NCBI GenBank assembly: GCA_963729715.1
Contig: CAVSPA010000010.1
Span: forward strand, 181,230 to 245,229
Direction of reading: 5' to 3'
Origin: an uncultured delta proteobacterium
Lineage (GTDB): Bacteria > Desulfobacterota > Syntrophia > Syntrophales > UBA2185
Length of the DNA stretch: 64,000 nucleotides
Shown: positions 29,815 through 39,279 of the stretch, one piece after another
How positions within the stretch are numbered: position 1 is the stretch's first letter
Layout of the letters: each line of letters opens with the position of its first letter
Made by a program: the position numbers and the translations under genes
Notes under the pieces: generated by a model
Databases searched by the model: none
Told to the model about the DNA's origin: nothing
Seen by the model: the letters and a program-made list of their open reading frames with translations, nothing else

Positions 29815-31425
29815 CTATCTGCGCTTATTAATGTAGTATTGTTGCCCGATGCTCAGTACGTTTTGAAAGAGCCAGTAAATAACGAGACCCGACGGAAAAT
29901 TTACGAAAAGAAATGTGAAAACCACGGGCATGAACATCATAATTTTTTGCTGCATAGGATCGCCCATGGAAGGAGTCATTTTTTGCTGAACGAGCATGGT
30001 CGCACCCATGATGATCGGCGTAATGTAGTAGGGGTCCTTTGCCGAGAGATCATGTATCCACCAGTAAAAAGGGGCATGGCGGAGTTCAATGGAATACATG
30101 AGAGCCTTGTAGAGCCCAAAGAAGACTGGTATCTGAATGACCATGGGCAGACATCCACCCAAGGGGTTTACCTTGTGCGTCTTGTACAGGGCCATTGTTT
30201 CCTGACTCAGTTTTGCCTTATCACTTTTGTACTTTTCACGAAGTTCGGCTATCTTCGGCTGTAGTTTCTGCATCTCCTTCATGGATTTGTAGCTCTTGTT
30301 GCCCAGGGGCCAGAAGATAATCTTTATCAGGATGGTCAGGATGATAATGGCGATGCCATAATTGTGAACATAGCTGTCGAGAAATTTGACGGAGATCAAG
30401 AGCGGCATGGCGAGCCACTTCATCCATGAGCCGAAATCTATAGCATTCTCGAGGCCGACTCCCTGAGCTTTGAGAATGTCATTCTCCTTAGGTCCGAGGT
30501 ATAATGAGTAGCCAAACGAAGCGACCTGTCCGGGAGGGATAATGGTGGGAGTGCTTTTCAGGTTCACAGAAACCATATTCCGGGGATCCACGGAAAGAGC
30601 AAGACTGGTCAGCGTCGGGTTTTGGGGCACCATGGCGGCAAGAAAATATTTGCTTTCAAACCCCGCCCAGGCGATATCAGGGCCGGCTAATTTTCCTGAT
30701 TCAATCTTTTTGACTTCGTAACGCTCTACGTCTTTGGCAATGTAGGAAATAGGTCCATCATGCCCGTAACTGTCTGATTTTGAGTTCGGGTCCACATACT
30801 GATTCCAGGAAAGAAGCGCACTTTCACTGAGGGCTGCTCTTGATACGTTATGTATTCTGACTTCCAAATCAAAGGCATATTTATCAGGATAGAAAGTGAA
30901 TATCTTTTCTTCTTTTATCTCATTGGCGAATGTCTGCGTAAAGGTGAGTATTCGGCTCTCAGGACTTTGTGTCATATCAATAGACACTGTATCGGATGTG
31001 AATACACTTTCAGGGTGTACGGCGACACTTGATTCGGGAAAAGTCATTGTGAGAGGTTTCGGCATGCCGTCCATAATGTGGACGAGTTCAATAGGTTCCG
31101 AGTCCTTGTCGAGAGAGCTGCGGTAGTTCTTCAGTTTGTAAGATTTCAGGCTGCCGCCTTTCGTGGAGAAAACGGCCCTATAAAGAGAAGTCTCCACAGG
31201 GATATCCTTTTCGATTCCCATGACCGGCTTTGAAAGAACGGTTCCGCCCTTAACAGTCGCCACCTGTGCCGGGGCAGCCACTTTACCGGCGGGCGTTTCT
31301 TTAACTGCCGTCTCCTGCCGGGCTGGTCCCAGTTGTTGCTGGGGCGGTTTTTTGACAAAAAATGCCTGCCAGACAAGTATGACCGCCACTGACAGGATTA
31401 TGGCAAGAAAGGCCTTCTTGTCCAT
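29815..31425 (-). CDS. yidC: Membrane protein insertase YidC
   Basis: NYGIAIIILT, KVNPLGGCLP, DLSAKDPYY, PSGLVIYW. Confidence 0.97.
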   Translation of the reverse strand: MDKKAFLAIILSVAVILVWQAFFVKKPPQQQLGPARQETAVKETPAGKVAAPAQVATVKGGTVLSKPVMGIEKDIPVETSLYRAVFSTKGGSLKSYKLKNYRSSLDKDSEPIELVHIMDGMPKPLTMTFPESSVAVHPESVFTSDTVSIDMTQSPESRILTFTQTFANEIKEEKIFTFYPDKYAFDLEVRIHNVSRAALSESALLSWNQYVDPNSKSDSYGHDGPISYIAKDVERYEVKKIESGKLAGPDIAWAGFESKYFLAAMVPQNPTLTSLALSVDPRNMVSVNLKSTPTIIPPGQVASFGYSLYLGPKENDILKAQGVGLENAIDFGSWMKWLAMPLLISVKFLDSYVHNYGIAIIILTILIKIIFWPLGNKSYKSMKEMQKLQPKIAELREKYKSDKAKLSQETMALYKTHKVNPLGGCLPMVIQIPVFFGLYKALMYSIELRHAPFYWWIHDLSAKDPYYITPIIMGATMLVQQKMTPSMGDPMQQKIMMFMPVVFTFLFVNFPSGLVIYWLFQNVLSIGQQYYINKRR

Positions 31426-31452
31426 TCAATACCTCCGTACTTTAGTTTTGGT

Positions 31453-31689
31453 TTATTTAACTGGATCGTAACCGCCGGGGTGAAGAGGATGACACCGTAA
31501 CAGGCGTATCAGAGCAATGTACGGTCCTCTGACTGGGCCATATCGCCGGATTGCGTCTATGGCATACTCGGAACAAGACGGGTAAAAACGGCAACATGGG
31601 GTAAAAAGAGGAGAAATGCACATCTGGTACAATCGGATAAATACAATAAGAATTTTTCCCAGAATCTGCGCGAACGTTATCTCATGCAT
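31453..31689 (-). CDS. yidD: Membrane protein insertion efficiency factor
   Basis: [22 protein letters not shown]. Confidence 0.95.
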   Translation of the reverse strand: MHEITFAQILGKILIVFIRLYQMCISPLFTPCCRFYPSCSEYAIDAIRRYGPVRGPYIALIRLLRCHPLHPGGYDPVK

Positions 31690-32029
31690 CTGATTTCTTG
31701 ATTAAGTGGCTTTCTAACTCTGTGTATACATCTTGATATGTCAATGTTGTTATATTTCTTTTTGCAATTATCACGATGTCTTGTGGAGTAGAAAGTCTTG
31801 GTCTGTTTAATCTAAAAAATTCTCTTACGAGACGTCTAATCCTGCTTCTCTCTACAGCGCCCCCCACCTTTTTACTGACCGTTATTCCCAGTCTGCTAAT
31901 GCCCATTTCATTCTTACATACGAGGATGGTGAAATGTTCCGAATGGCTGCGCACCCCCTGCTGATAGACGGTCAAATAATCTCTTCTCTTGATAATTCTT
32001 ACGTGCTTGCCAAAGGATTGTTTTTCCAT
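31682..32029 (-). CDS. rnpA: Ribonuclease P protein component
   Basis: [21 protein letters not shown]; position in cluster. Confidence 0.93.
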   Translation of the reverse strand: MEKQSFGKHVRIIKRRDYLTVYQQGVRSHSEHFTILVCKNEMGISRLGITVSKKVGGAVERSRIRRLVREFFRLNRPRLSTPQDIVIIAKRNITTLTYQDVYTELESHLIKKSDA

Positions 32030-32047
32030 GGACCGCTTTTTCGGGTG

Positions 32048-32185
32048 TTAAACGGCCAGCCTCTTTCTGCCCTTAGCTCGTCTGCGACTCAGGACCAATC
32101 TCCCTCCCCGCGTAGACATTCTAACTAGAAAGCCGTGGGTTCTTTTCCTCTTCGTGTTGCTGAAATTTGTCAGGTTCTTTTTCAT
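32048..32185 (-). CDS. rpmH: 50S ribosomal protein L34 (45 aa, not in ORF track)
   Basis: Translation [45 protein letters not shown]; directly upstream of rnpA. Confidence 0.95.
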   Translation of the reverse strand: MKKNLTNFSNTKRKRTHGFLVRMSTRGGRLVLSRRRAKGRKRLAV

Positions 32186-32327
32186 TCACTCGACCCCGCT
32201 GAAAAATATTAAGATGTTTCATTAACCATAACTGGATTTGTTTGTCAAGATTAAATTGGATATGCGGAATTGATAACTATTGATAATTCGCTTTAATGTT
32301 AATATAATACGACCCGGACAGTGGGAT

Positions 32328-33593
32328 ATGAAGAAAGAAAGCAAAACAAAATATCAGCTTCTCAACGAATTGTTCGAGCTGAGCCAGCGGGTCGCAGAGT
32401 TCGAAAGATTGGAGGCTGAACACAAACTCGCAGATGAGATATTATCTGAAAGTGAAATACGATACCGCCGGATGGTAGATGCAGTCACCCCTTATACCTA
32501 TTCGGTTGAGGTCAAAGAAGGACGGGCTGTCAGAACAAGGCATAGCGCAGGTTGCCTGGCTGTCACCGGCTATGGTCAGCAAGATTATGAACATGACACG
32601 AACCTCTGGTACTCTATGATACATCCTGACGATCGAAAGCTCGTGGAAAATGCGGTTAGCAGGATTATGGATGGTGATGATGTTTTGCCCATTGAGCACC
32701 GCTTGGTGCGCCATGATGGCGTGGTTGTCTGGGTGCGCAACACGATGGTTCCTTATCGTGGTGAAAATGGTCAATTGCTTCGGTATGACGGTTTGATAGA
32801 GAACATTACCGAGCGCAAGAAAATGGAAGAAGAAATTCTCAAAGCAAAAAAACTGGAATCCGTGGGCACTCTTGCGGGCGGCATAGCTCACGATTTCAAC
32901 AACTTGTTGCAGGCTATCTTGGGCAGCATCACTCTTGCTAAGATGCACTCTGACCCTAGTGATAAAATTCATAAGTTTTTGGACACGGCGGAGAAGGTAT
33001 CAATACGTGCGAGCGATATAACAAAGCAATTGATCACCTTTGCTCAGGGCGGGGCGCCGGTAAAGAGAACAATGTACATAGGGGAGTTTATAAAGAATAC
33101 TGTGCTCTTCTTTCTCGGCGGTTCCAATGTGACTACCAAGCTTCATATAGAACCTGACTTAACTCCCGTTGATGTCGATGAGGGTCAGATGAGACAGGTG
33201 ATTCACAGCATGGTCAGCAATGCCACGGAAGCAATGCCTGGCGGAGGCATACTCACGATTATCGCGGGAAATGTTGATGTCGTTGTGACGGACGAGCTTC
33301 CCTTAGGCGAGGGGAAATACGCAAAAGTGACGTTGTCCGATTGCGGCACCGGCATACCTGGAGAAAATATTTCAAGGATATTTGATCCCTTCTTCACGAC
33401 AAAAGAAATGGGGTCTCAAAAAGGAACAGGACTGGGGCTTGCCATATCTTATTCCATCGTCAAGAACCATAATGGTCTAATAACGGTAGAATCTGAGGTA
33501 GGTGTCGGAACAACTTTTCATATCTACCTTCCTGCTTCGAAGAAAGATATCGCCACGAAAGAGCCTGCGGAGGATGAGCCTCCTGCATGTTAG
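32328..33593 (+). CDS. PAS-domain sensor histidine kinase (cytoplasmic, no receiver)
   Basis: PAS IHPDD...NITERK, H-box GGIAHDFNN, FDPFFTTK, GTGLGL. Confidence 0.93.
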   Translation: MKKESKTKYQLLNELFELSQRVAEFERLEAEHKLADEILSESEIRYRRMVDAVTPYTYSVEVKEGRAVRTRHSAGCLAVTGYGQQDYEHDTNLWYSMIHPDDRKLVENAVSRIMDGDDVLPIEHRLVRHDGVVVWVRNTMVPYRGENGQLLRYDGLIENITERKKMEEEILKAKKLESVGTLAGGIAHDFNNLLQAILGSITLAKMHSDPSDKIHKFLDTAEKVSIRASDITKQLITFAQGGAPVKRTMYIGEFIKNTVLFFLGGSNVTTKLHIEPDLTPVDVDEGQMRQVIHSMVSNATEAMPGGGILTIIAGNVDVVVTDELPLGEGKYAKVTLSDCGTGIPGENISRIFDPFFTTKEMGSQKGTGLGLAISYSIVKNHNGLITVESEVGVGTTFHIYLPASKKDIATKEPAEDEPPAC

Positions 33594-33670
33594 GGGGGGC
33601 GTTTGCCGGTCGCTCAGAAACATGTGTGTCTTCTTCAATATTACCCGATTGACTGAATGAAGAACAGCAA

Positions 33671-33842
33671 GGGCAGTTGCGAATATACCTGTGAGTAGGC
33701 TGTACTTCGTAAAGGCGGGTTCAGGCGCCTGATGTTAAGACCATGCGGTGTTGAACAAATGTTTGCGAAGAGCTGAGTACAACGAGGGGGAATTCCTGAA
33801 GCGTTACAACTGATGCAGATGAGCTTATTTTTCAAACCGTGT
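33671..33842. repeat. Degenerate palindromic (REP-like) intergenic element between convergent genes
   Basis: Pairings tgtact/agtaca, cttcgtaaa/tttgcgaag, gttca/tgaac. Confidence 0.4.
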
Positions 33843-33873
33843 GCAAAGGGAAAAGAGCCCATTGCCCTTTTGG

Positions 33874-34269
33874 TTACGTGAAGTTATTTTCGTACTTCGT
33901 GCTGCCGAAAATTACCAGACGCAACATCTTAAGGAGAGCAGTGCCTTTGAAAGGCTTGGCGAGAAAATATTGACCACCGACAATATTATTCCGGGGGAGC
34001 TCACTTGACTTAACGGCGCCTGTAAGGAAAATGATGGGAATCTGATCGGTGCCCGGATCTTCTTTCATTTCTGCGGCTACGCTGGACCCGTCTATATCGG
34101 GCATCACTATATCCAGTATGACAGCATCAGGTTTCAATAATTTAGACTTTTCCAGGCCTTCCTCTCCAGAATACGCCGTATAAACCTCGTAATCATTTGC
34201 CTTGAGCCAAGATTCCACAATATTAACAATATCGTGATTATCGTCGACAACCAGTATCCTATTTCCCAT
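33874..34269 (-). CDS. Single-domain response regulator receiver
   Basis: ILVVDD, ILDIVMPDIDG, IPIIFLT, LAKPF. Confidence 0.93.
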   Translation of the reverse strand: MGNRILVVDDNHDIVNIVESWLKANDYEVYTAYSGEEGLEKSKLLKPDAVILDIVMPDIDGSSVAAEMKEDPGTDQIPIIFLTGAVKSSELPRNNIVGGQYFLAKPFKGTALLKMLRLVIFGSTKYENNFT

Positions 34270-34446
34270 TGCGCCACCTAAATGTTCGTGCCTATGATTT
34301 TGGAACTCAAAGGCAGTGTGACAACAGCCTTGATGTAAGAGTGTATATTTCCGCCTATACTTCCATTTATTTTTTTAGGCCGAGCCGCGATCTACACGTA
34401 TAACAGATGATAGAACTCATCCAGTGCGGTTTTCCGAACCGATAAG

Positions 34447-34794
34447 TTAATACACGCTTTCGGCAGACACTGGGGTACTTTCAAATGCGACCGGCGCCCG
34501 CAGCTTTGTTATGTGGTAATCCTCATTCAAATTGATAGTCATGCCAGACAGATCGGATTTTGCAACCGTTCCCGTAACATTTATGAGAATTGTTCTGCCC
34601 GGCTTTCCCGGTCTTGTAAAATTGAGAATGATATCCAGGCTTACCTGCAAATTCTCGGGAAGAGGTGCATCAGTATGGAAAAATACTTCTCTTGCCGAAA
34701 TACTTGCAGTCCGAAGAAAGAAACTCCGCGCCTCATTTTCTGAGATAAACTCAATTCTGGCGGGAACTTCGATGTCGTACCTCTCAAATTTCAT
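34447..34794 (-). CDS. PilZ-like domain protein (degenerate)
   Basis: KFERYDIEVPARI...TASISA..VFF.T..PL...GTV...GM pattern; lacks an intact RxxxR and D/NxSxxG. Confidence 0.55.
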   Translation of the reverse strand: MKFERYDIEVPARIEFISENEARSFFLRTASISAREVFFHTDAPLPENLQVSLDIILNFTRPGKPGRTILINVTGTVAKSDLSGMTINLNEDYHITKLRAPVAFESTPVSAESVY

Positions 34795-34887
34795 GGTCAA
34801 ATTCGCCCCCGTCCTTTCCTAAGAATTAAATTATTTTTTCATGCCGGTCATCACCAATGCCCGTGACCTGTGCCTATAAGAAAGGCA

Positions 34888-34903
34888 AGCAGGAAGTATG
34901 CCA
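34888..34903 (-). promoter_or_regulatory. Sigma54 (-24/-12) promoter upstream of the PilZ-like gene
   Basis: TGGCATACTTCCTGCT on the minus strand, GG-N10-GC spacing. Confidence 0.65.
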
Positions 34904-34955
34904 CCGATACTACAAAATAACTGCAAATAATTTCATATACATATCACTGGAGACC

Positions 34956-35011
34956 ATGAGGCATGGGAAAGAAATCCCATTTTTTGATGAGGCATGGCAA
35001 AAAATTGCCGC
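34956..35011. promoter_or_regulatory. Tandem palindromic sites (putative enhancer-binding protein UAS)
   Basis: atgaggc-atgggaaagaaatcccat and atgaggc-atggcaaaaaattgccgc, 31 nt apart. Confidence 0.55.
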
Positions 35012-35358
35012 ATCGAGTGAAGCCGCAGGCATACGGGACACTCACAGGAAAGTAGCGATCTTCCATCAGAGGTGGTTTATTCGAGGACCTCCTTACGTTA
35101 ATCGGGGGAAATCCTAACCTTCATTAATTCATCTTCATCTGTCTCAAGACTCTACCGGTAATACGCACAGTGCATGTGTCATCATTTCTGCGACTCTATT
35201 TTTGAAATGACTACCTTTTCCGCATCTGAGACCACATGGATCTTCCGGCGGTGAGGCATGCATGAAAGCCGCCATTTCTCTGTTGCAGGAACGGAGAAAG
35301 TCTGCCTATTATGGCCGCGCAATTTCTTGCGGAAATGTATTGTGGAAGAGGTGTTTTA

Positions 35359-37362
35359 TTGAATCAGTTCCGGATCGTTACCGAATTCGAGCCGAAGGGT
35401 GACCAGATAAAGGCCATATCGAAGCTTGTCGATGATATTGAGCAGGGGGCTCAACATCAGGTGCTACTCGGCGTCACGGGTTCGGGCAAGACATTCACCA
35501 TAGCAAATGTCATTCTTGCGGTTCAGAGGCCTGCCTTGGTGATTGTACACAACAAGACTCTGGCGGCCCAACTCTACGGCGAATTCAAGACGCTGTTTCC
35601 TCAAAACGCCGTGGAATACTTTGTGAGCTACTACGATTATTATCAGCCTGAAGCCTATATACCGAGCACGGACACGTATATCGAAAAGGATTCTTCAATC
35701 AACGAGGAGATCGATAAGCTGCGACATTCTGCGACCCATTCCCTCTTGGAACGCAGCGACGTCATCATTGTTGCCAGCGTTTCCTGCATTTACGGTCTGG
35801 GATCACCTGAAGCCTATCATGGCATGCTGCTCTTCTTGGAACAGGGCGCGGAGCTTCCAAGGGACGAGATGTTAAGAAGGCTCGTTGAGATTCAGTATGA
35901 GCGCAATGACATAGACTTTCATCGTGGAACATTCCGGGTGCGCGGGGATGTGGTCGAGATATTTCCGGCGTATGAAGAAGAAAAGGCAATACGGGTCGAG
36001 TTCTTTGGAGATGTTATCGAGTCCATTTCCCTTGTTGATCCCCTCCGGGGAAGAAAATTAAATCCCGTGCAGAAGATATCCGTCTATCCGGGCAGTCACT
36101 ACGTGACGACGAGAGACAATATGAAAAGGGCCATAACCGCAATCAGGCAAGAACTCGAGGAGAGGCTCGGGGAACTCCGCACACAGAATAAACTCCTTGA
36201 GGCGCAGAGGCTTGAACAGCGCACAAAGTTTGATATCGAGATGATGGAGGAGATGGGCTACTGCCAGGGCATCGAGAATTATTCCCGTCATCTCACGGGG
36301 AGAAGGCGGGGAGAACCTCCTCCCACTCTCATGGAATATCTGCCGGAGAATGCCCTTGTCGTCATCGATGAGAGTCATGCCACCATCCCGCAGCTTATCG
36401 GCATGTACCGGGGTGATAGAGCACGCAAGGAGACCCTCGTCAATTACGGTTTCCGTCTTCCTTCTGCCCTCGATAACCGGCCGTTGATGTTTGCAGAATA
36501 CGAGGGCTTCGGGAATCAGAGGATATACGTATCGGCGACGCCTGCCCTGTATGAACTCAAGAAGGCCAAGGGGCGGGTTGTTGAGCAAATCATACGGCCC
36601 ACAGGGCTCGCGGATCCGGAAATAATTGTGAAGCCCGTAATCCATCAGGTGGATGATCTCCTTTTCGAGATCCGTGAAAGGGTGAAAAAAGGCGAGCGCG
36701 TCTTGGTGACCACGCTCACCAAGAGGATGGCGGAAAATCTCGCGGCCTACTACCAGACTTTGGGAGTCAAGGTGAAGTATCTTCATTCAGATATTCATAC
36801 CCTCGAGCGGGTAAGCATCATCCGTGACCTGCGTCTCGGCGAATTTGATGTCCTGGTCGGGGTTAATCTCCTCAGGGAGGGCCTTGATATACCGGAGGTA
36901 TCTCTGGTTGCCATTCTCGATGCCGACAAGGAGGGGTTTCTTCGCTCCGAGCGGTCCCTGATGCAGACGAGCGGAAGGGCGGCGAGAAATTTATCGGGAC
37001 AGGTGATAATGTATGCCGATAAAATTACTGAATCGATCAAAGCTTGTCTTAATGAAACGAAAAGGCGCAGAATAACCCAGATACGCTATAACGAGGAAAA
37101 CAACATCACTCCCGAGTCCATCAAGAAAGGCATCAACGATATACTTGCTTCCATCTATGAAGCGGATTATATTACCGTCCCTGTTGCATTGAAAGAAAGC
37201 GAAGTCATTGCCTCGGAAGAAGAGCTGCCCATTATGATAAGGAGATTGAAAGAAGAAATGAAAGAGGCCGCAAGAAATCTTGAATTTGAAAGGGCCGCGG
37301 GGCTCCGCGATAAGATTAGGGAGCTGACGAGTATATTACTGGAAATGGGAGAAGAGGTCTGA
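35359..37362 (+). CDS. uvrB: Excinuclease ABC subunit B
   Basis: [37 protein letters not shown] domain. Confidence 0.98.
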   Translation: MNQFRIVTEFEPKGDQIKAISKLVDDIEQGAQHQVLLGVTGSGKTFTIANVILAVQRPALVIVHNKTLAAQLYGEFKTLFPQNAVEYFVSYYDYYQPEAYIPSTDTYIEKDSSINEEIDKLRHSATHSLLERSDVIIVASVSCIYGLGSPEAYHGMLLFLEQGAELPRDEMLRRLVEIQYERNDIDFHRGTFRVRGDVVEIFPAYEEEKAIRVEFFGDVIESISLVDPLRGRKLNPVQKISVYPGSHYVTTRDNMKRAITAIRQELEERLGELRTQNKLLEAQRLEQRTKFDIEMMEEMGYCQGIENYSRHLTGRRRGEPPPTLMEYLPENALVVIDESHATIPQLIGMYRGDRARKETLVNYGFRLPSALDNRPLMFAEYEGFGNQRIYVSATPALYELKKAKGRVVEQIIRPTGLADPEIIVKPVIHQVDDLLFEIRERVKKGERVLVTTLTKRMAENLAAYYQTLGVKVKYLHSDIHTLERVSIIRDLRLGEFDVLVGVNLLREGLDIPEVSLVAILDADKEGFLRSERSLMQTSGRAARNLSGQVIMYADKITESIKACLNETKRRRITQIRYNEENNITPESIKKGINDILASIYEADYITVPVALKESEVIASEEELPIMIRRLKEEMKEAARNLEFERAAGLRDKIRELTSILLEMGEEV

Positions 37363-37372
37363 TTTTGTGTTT

Positions 37373-39061
37373 ATGAAAAAGATCATCTCCGCAATAACGT
37401 TGCTGACTGTTTTTACGCTCCTTGCGCTTTCAGATATCTCACATGCTGAGACCCTCTCGGAGCAGGTGTGCGCTCATATTGGCATTAGCATCGGGGGGGC
37501 GGAACCGTCAGCGAAAGTCGCGTATCCTACGGGATTACAGTCCCCTTCACCGCTGCTCTTTCAATTCTATAAGGGGCGCGGGTTTTGGCCCGCCTGGAGC
37601 GATGATTTCGGTCCCTCTCCGGATGTGGAGGATTTTCTGGAAGTGATCCGCTCTTCTTACCGCGAAGGATTAAATCCCGAAGATTATCATCTCAATAAAA
37701 TCGAAGCCGTGCTATCCGATTTATATGCAAGTCAAATTGGATTGGAACCTTATGATGTGGCAAGACTTGCCGGTCTTGATCTGATATTGACGCAAGCTTT
37801 TCTCCTTTATGCGTCCCACATGGTTGCTGGACGTGTAGATCACGAAAATATTTATCCTGATTGGGTTGTGAACGAGAAATCTGTTGATCTGGTGGCAGTC
37901 CTTAACGAAGCACTTGACTCGAAGGAGATGCAGAAGACGCTCGCGAATCTGGCGCCCCCTTATCCACGATACGCCAAGTTGAAAGAAAAATTGATAAAGT
38001 ATCAGACCATTGCCGAAAGTGAAGGATGGCCTCGAGTTCCGGGTGGACCGAAGTTACGAAGGGGATCGCGAGGCAATCGGGTAGCCATACTGAGGCAGAG
38101 ACTCACTATCTCGGGCGACCTCGCTTCGACGGTACGGGGAAAACCCGACATCTTTGACGGCGATCTGGAGTCGGCGGTACGAAAGTTTCAAAAAAGACAT
38201 GGTCTGAAAGATGACGGGAGAGTCGGCAACTCGACGTTGAAAGATATAAACGTCCCCGTCGAAACACGGATACGCCAAATAGCCCTGAACATGGATCGCC
38301 TGCGCTGGCTTTCTGATGACATGGGGCGGAATTATATTTTCGTTAATATCGCTGATTTCTCTTTGGAGGTAATAGAAGATGAACATCCTGTGATGGCGAT
38401 GCGTATCATAGCGGGGAAAGATGAGCAGCGGAGCTGTGTCCTGAGCGCCAAGATGACGTACCTGGAGTTGAACCCGTTCTGGAGGGTGCCGGACAGTATC
38501 GCAACCAAAGAGATATTGCCTCAAATAAAGAAAGAACCTGGTTACCTCGCGCAAAAAAACATAAAAGTATTTAAGGATTGGAAGGACAATGCAAAGGAAA
38601 TAGATCCGAGGCTGATCAACTGGTCACGTGTCAGGGTGAGTAACCTCGGCTATAAATTCCGTCAGGAGCCCGGCCCCTTAAATCCCTTAGGGAGGATAAA
38701 ATTCATTTTCCCAAACGAGTGCGAAATATACCTTCATGATACACCCGCGCGTCACCTCTTTGGGCGGACCCGCAGGGATCTCAGCCACGGTTGCATCCGC
38801 GTGGAAAAGCCCGTTGAACTGGCGACCTATCTCCTGAGGAACAAGGAAACATGGATACAAAAGAAGATATTGGCGGAAATCAAGAAAGGGAAACGACAGG
38901 TCGTGATGCTTCCCGAACCTGTGAACGTGCATATTTTCTACGGGACTGTGTGGGTGGACCGTGACGGAGTGCTGCAATTCCGCAATGACATTTATCATGC
39001 CGATGAAATACCATATGCCCCGCCTCTTAGGAGAGGACATGTCACCGGTACGATACAGTGA
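37373..39061 (+). CDS. L,D-transpeptidase (YcbB/LdtD-like) with peptidoglycan-binding domain
   Basis: Signal peptide, AVRKFQKRHGL..DG, NPLGRIKF.FPN, IYLHDTP, SHGCIRV. Confidence 0.92.
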   Translation: MKKIISAITLLTVFTLLALSDISHAETLSEQVCAHIGISIGGAEPSAKVAYPTGLQSPSPLLFQFYKGRGFWPAWSDDFGPSPDVEDFLEVIRSSYREGLNPEDYHLNKIEAVLSDLYASQIGLEPYDVARLAGLDLILTQAFLLYASHMVAGRVDHENIYPDWVVNEKSVDLVAVLNEALDSKEMQKTLANLAPPYPRYAKLKEKLIKYQTIAESEGWPRVPGGPKLRRGSRGNRVAILRQRLTISGDLASTVRGKPDIFDGDLESAVRKFQKRHGLKDDGRVGNSTLKDINVPVETRIRQIALNMDRLRWLSDDMGRNYIFVNIADFSLEVIEDEHPVMAMRIIAGKDEQRSCVLSAKMTYLELNPFWRVPDSIATKEILPQIKKEPGYLAQKNIKVFKDWKDNAKEIDPRLINWSRVRVSNLGYKFRQEPGPLNPLGRIKFIFPNECEIYLHDTPARHLFGRTRRDLSHGCIRVEKPVELATYLLRNKETWIQKKILAEIKKGKRQVVMLPEPVNVHIFYGTVWVDRDGVLQFRNDIYHADEIPYAPPLRRGHVTGTIQ

Positions 39062-39279
39062 CCTGTGCAGAGAAGATTTTTCCACAACTCTCATTCCAAC
39101 CACGGCTATGCTGAACTCAGGCAAGATACTGGAATCTGTTGTATTGACTGCTGTCGATAGGGAGACCTTCTACGCATTTCATCATTCTGGCATGCAAGGA
39201 AAGTAATCATGCAAAGCATACGCTCAAAGCGTGTGTTTCTTGTGAAGACATTCTGTAACTATCAATGTGGTGAAATTAA

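Noticed and set aside
32186..32327. oriC next to rpmH
   Set aside because: Short region with no DnaA boxes and no dnaA
34995..35008. TGGCAAAAAATTGC as a plus-strand sigma54 promoter
   Set aside because: GG-GC spacing is one base short; treated as an enhancer-like palindrome instead
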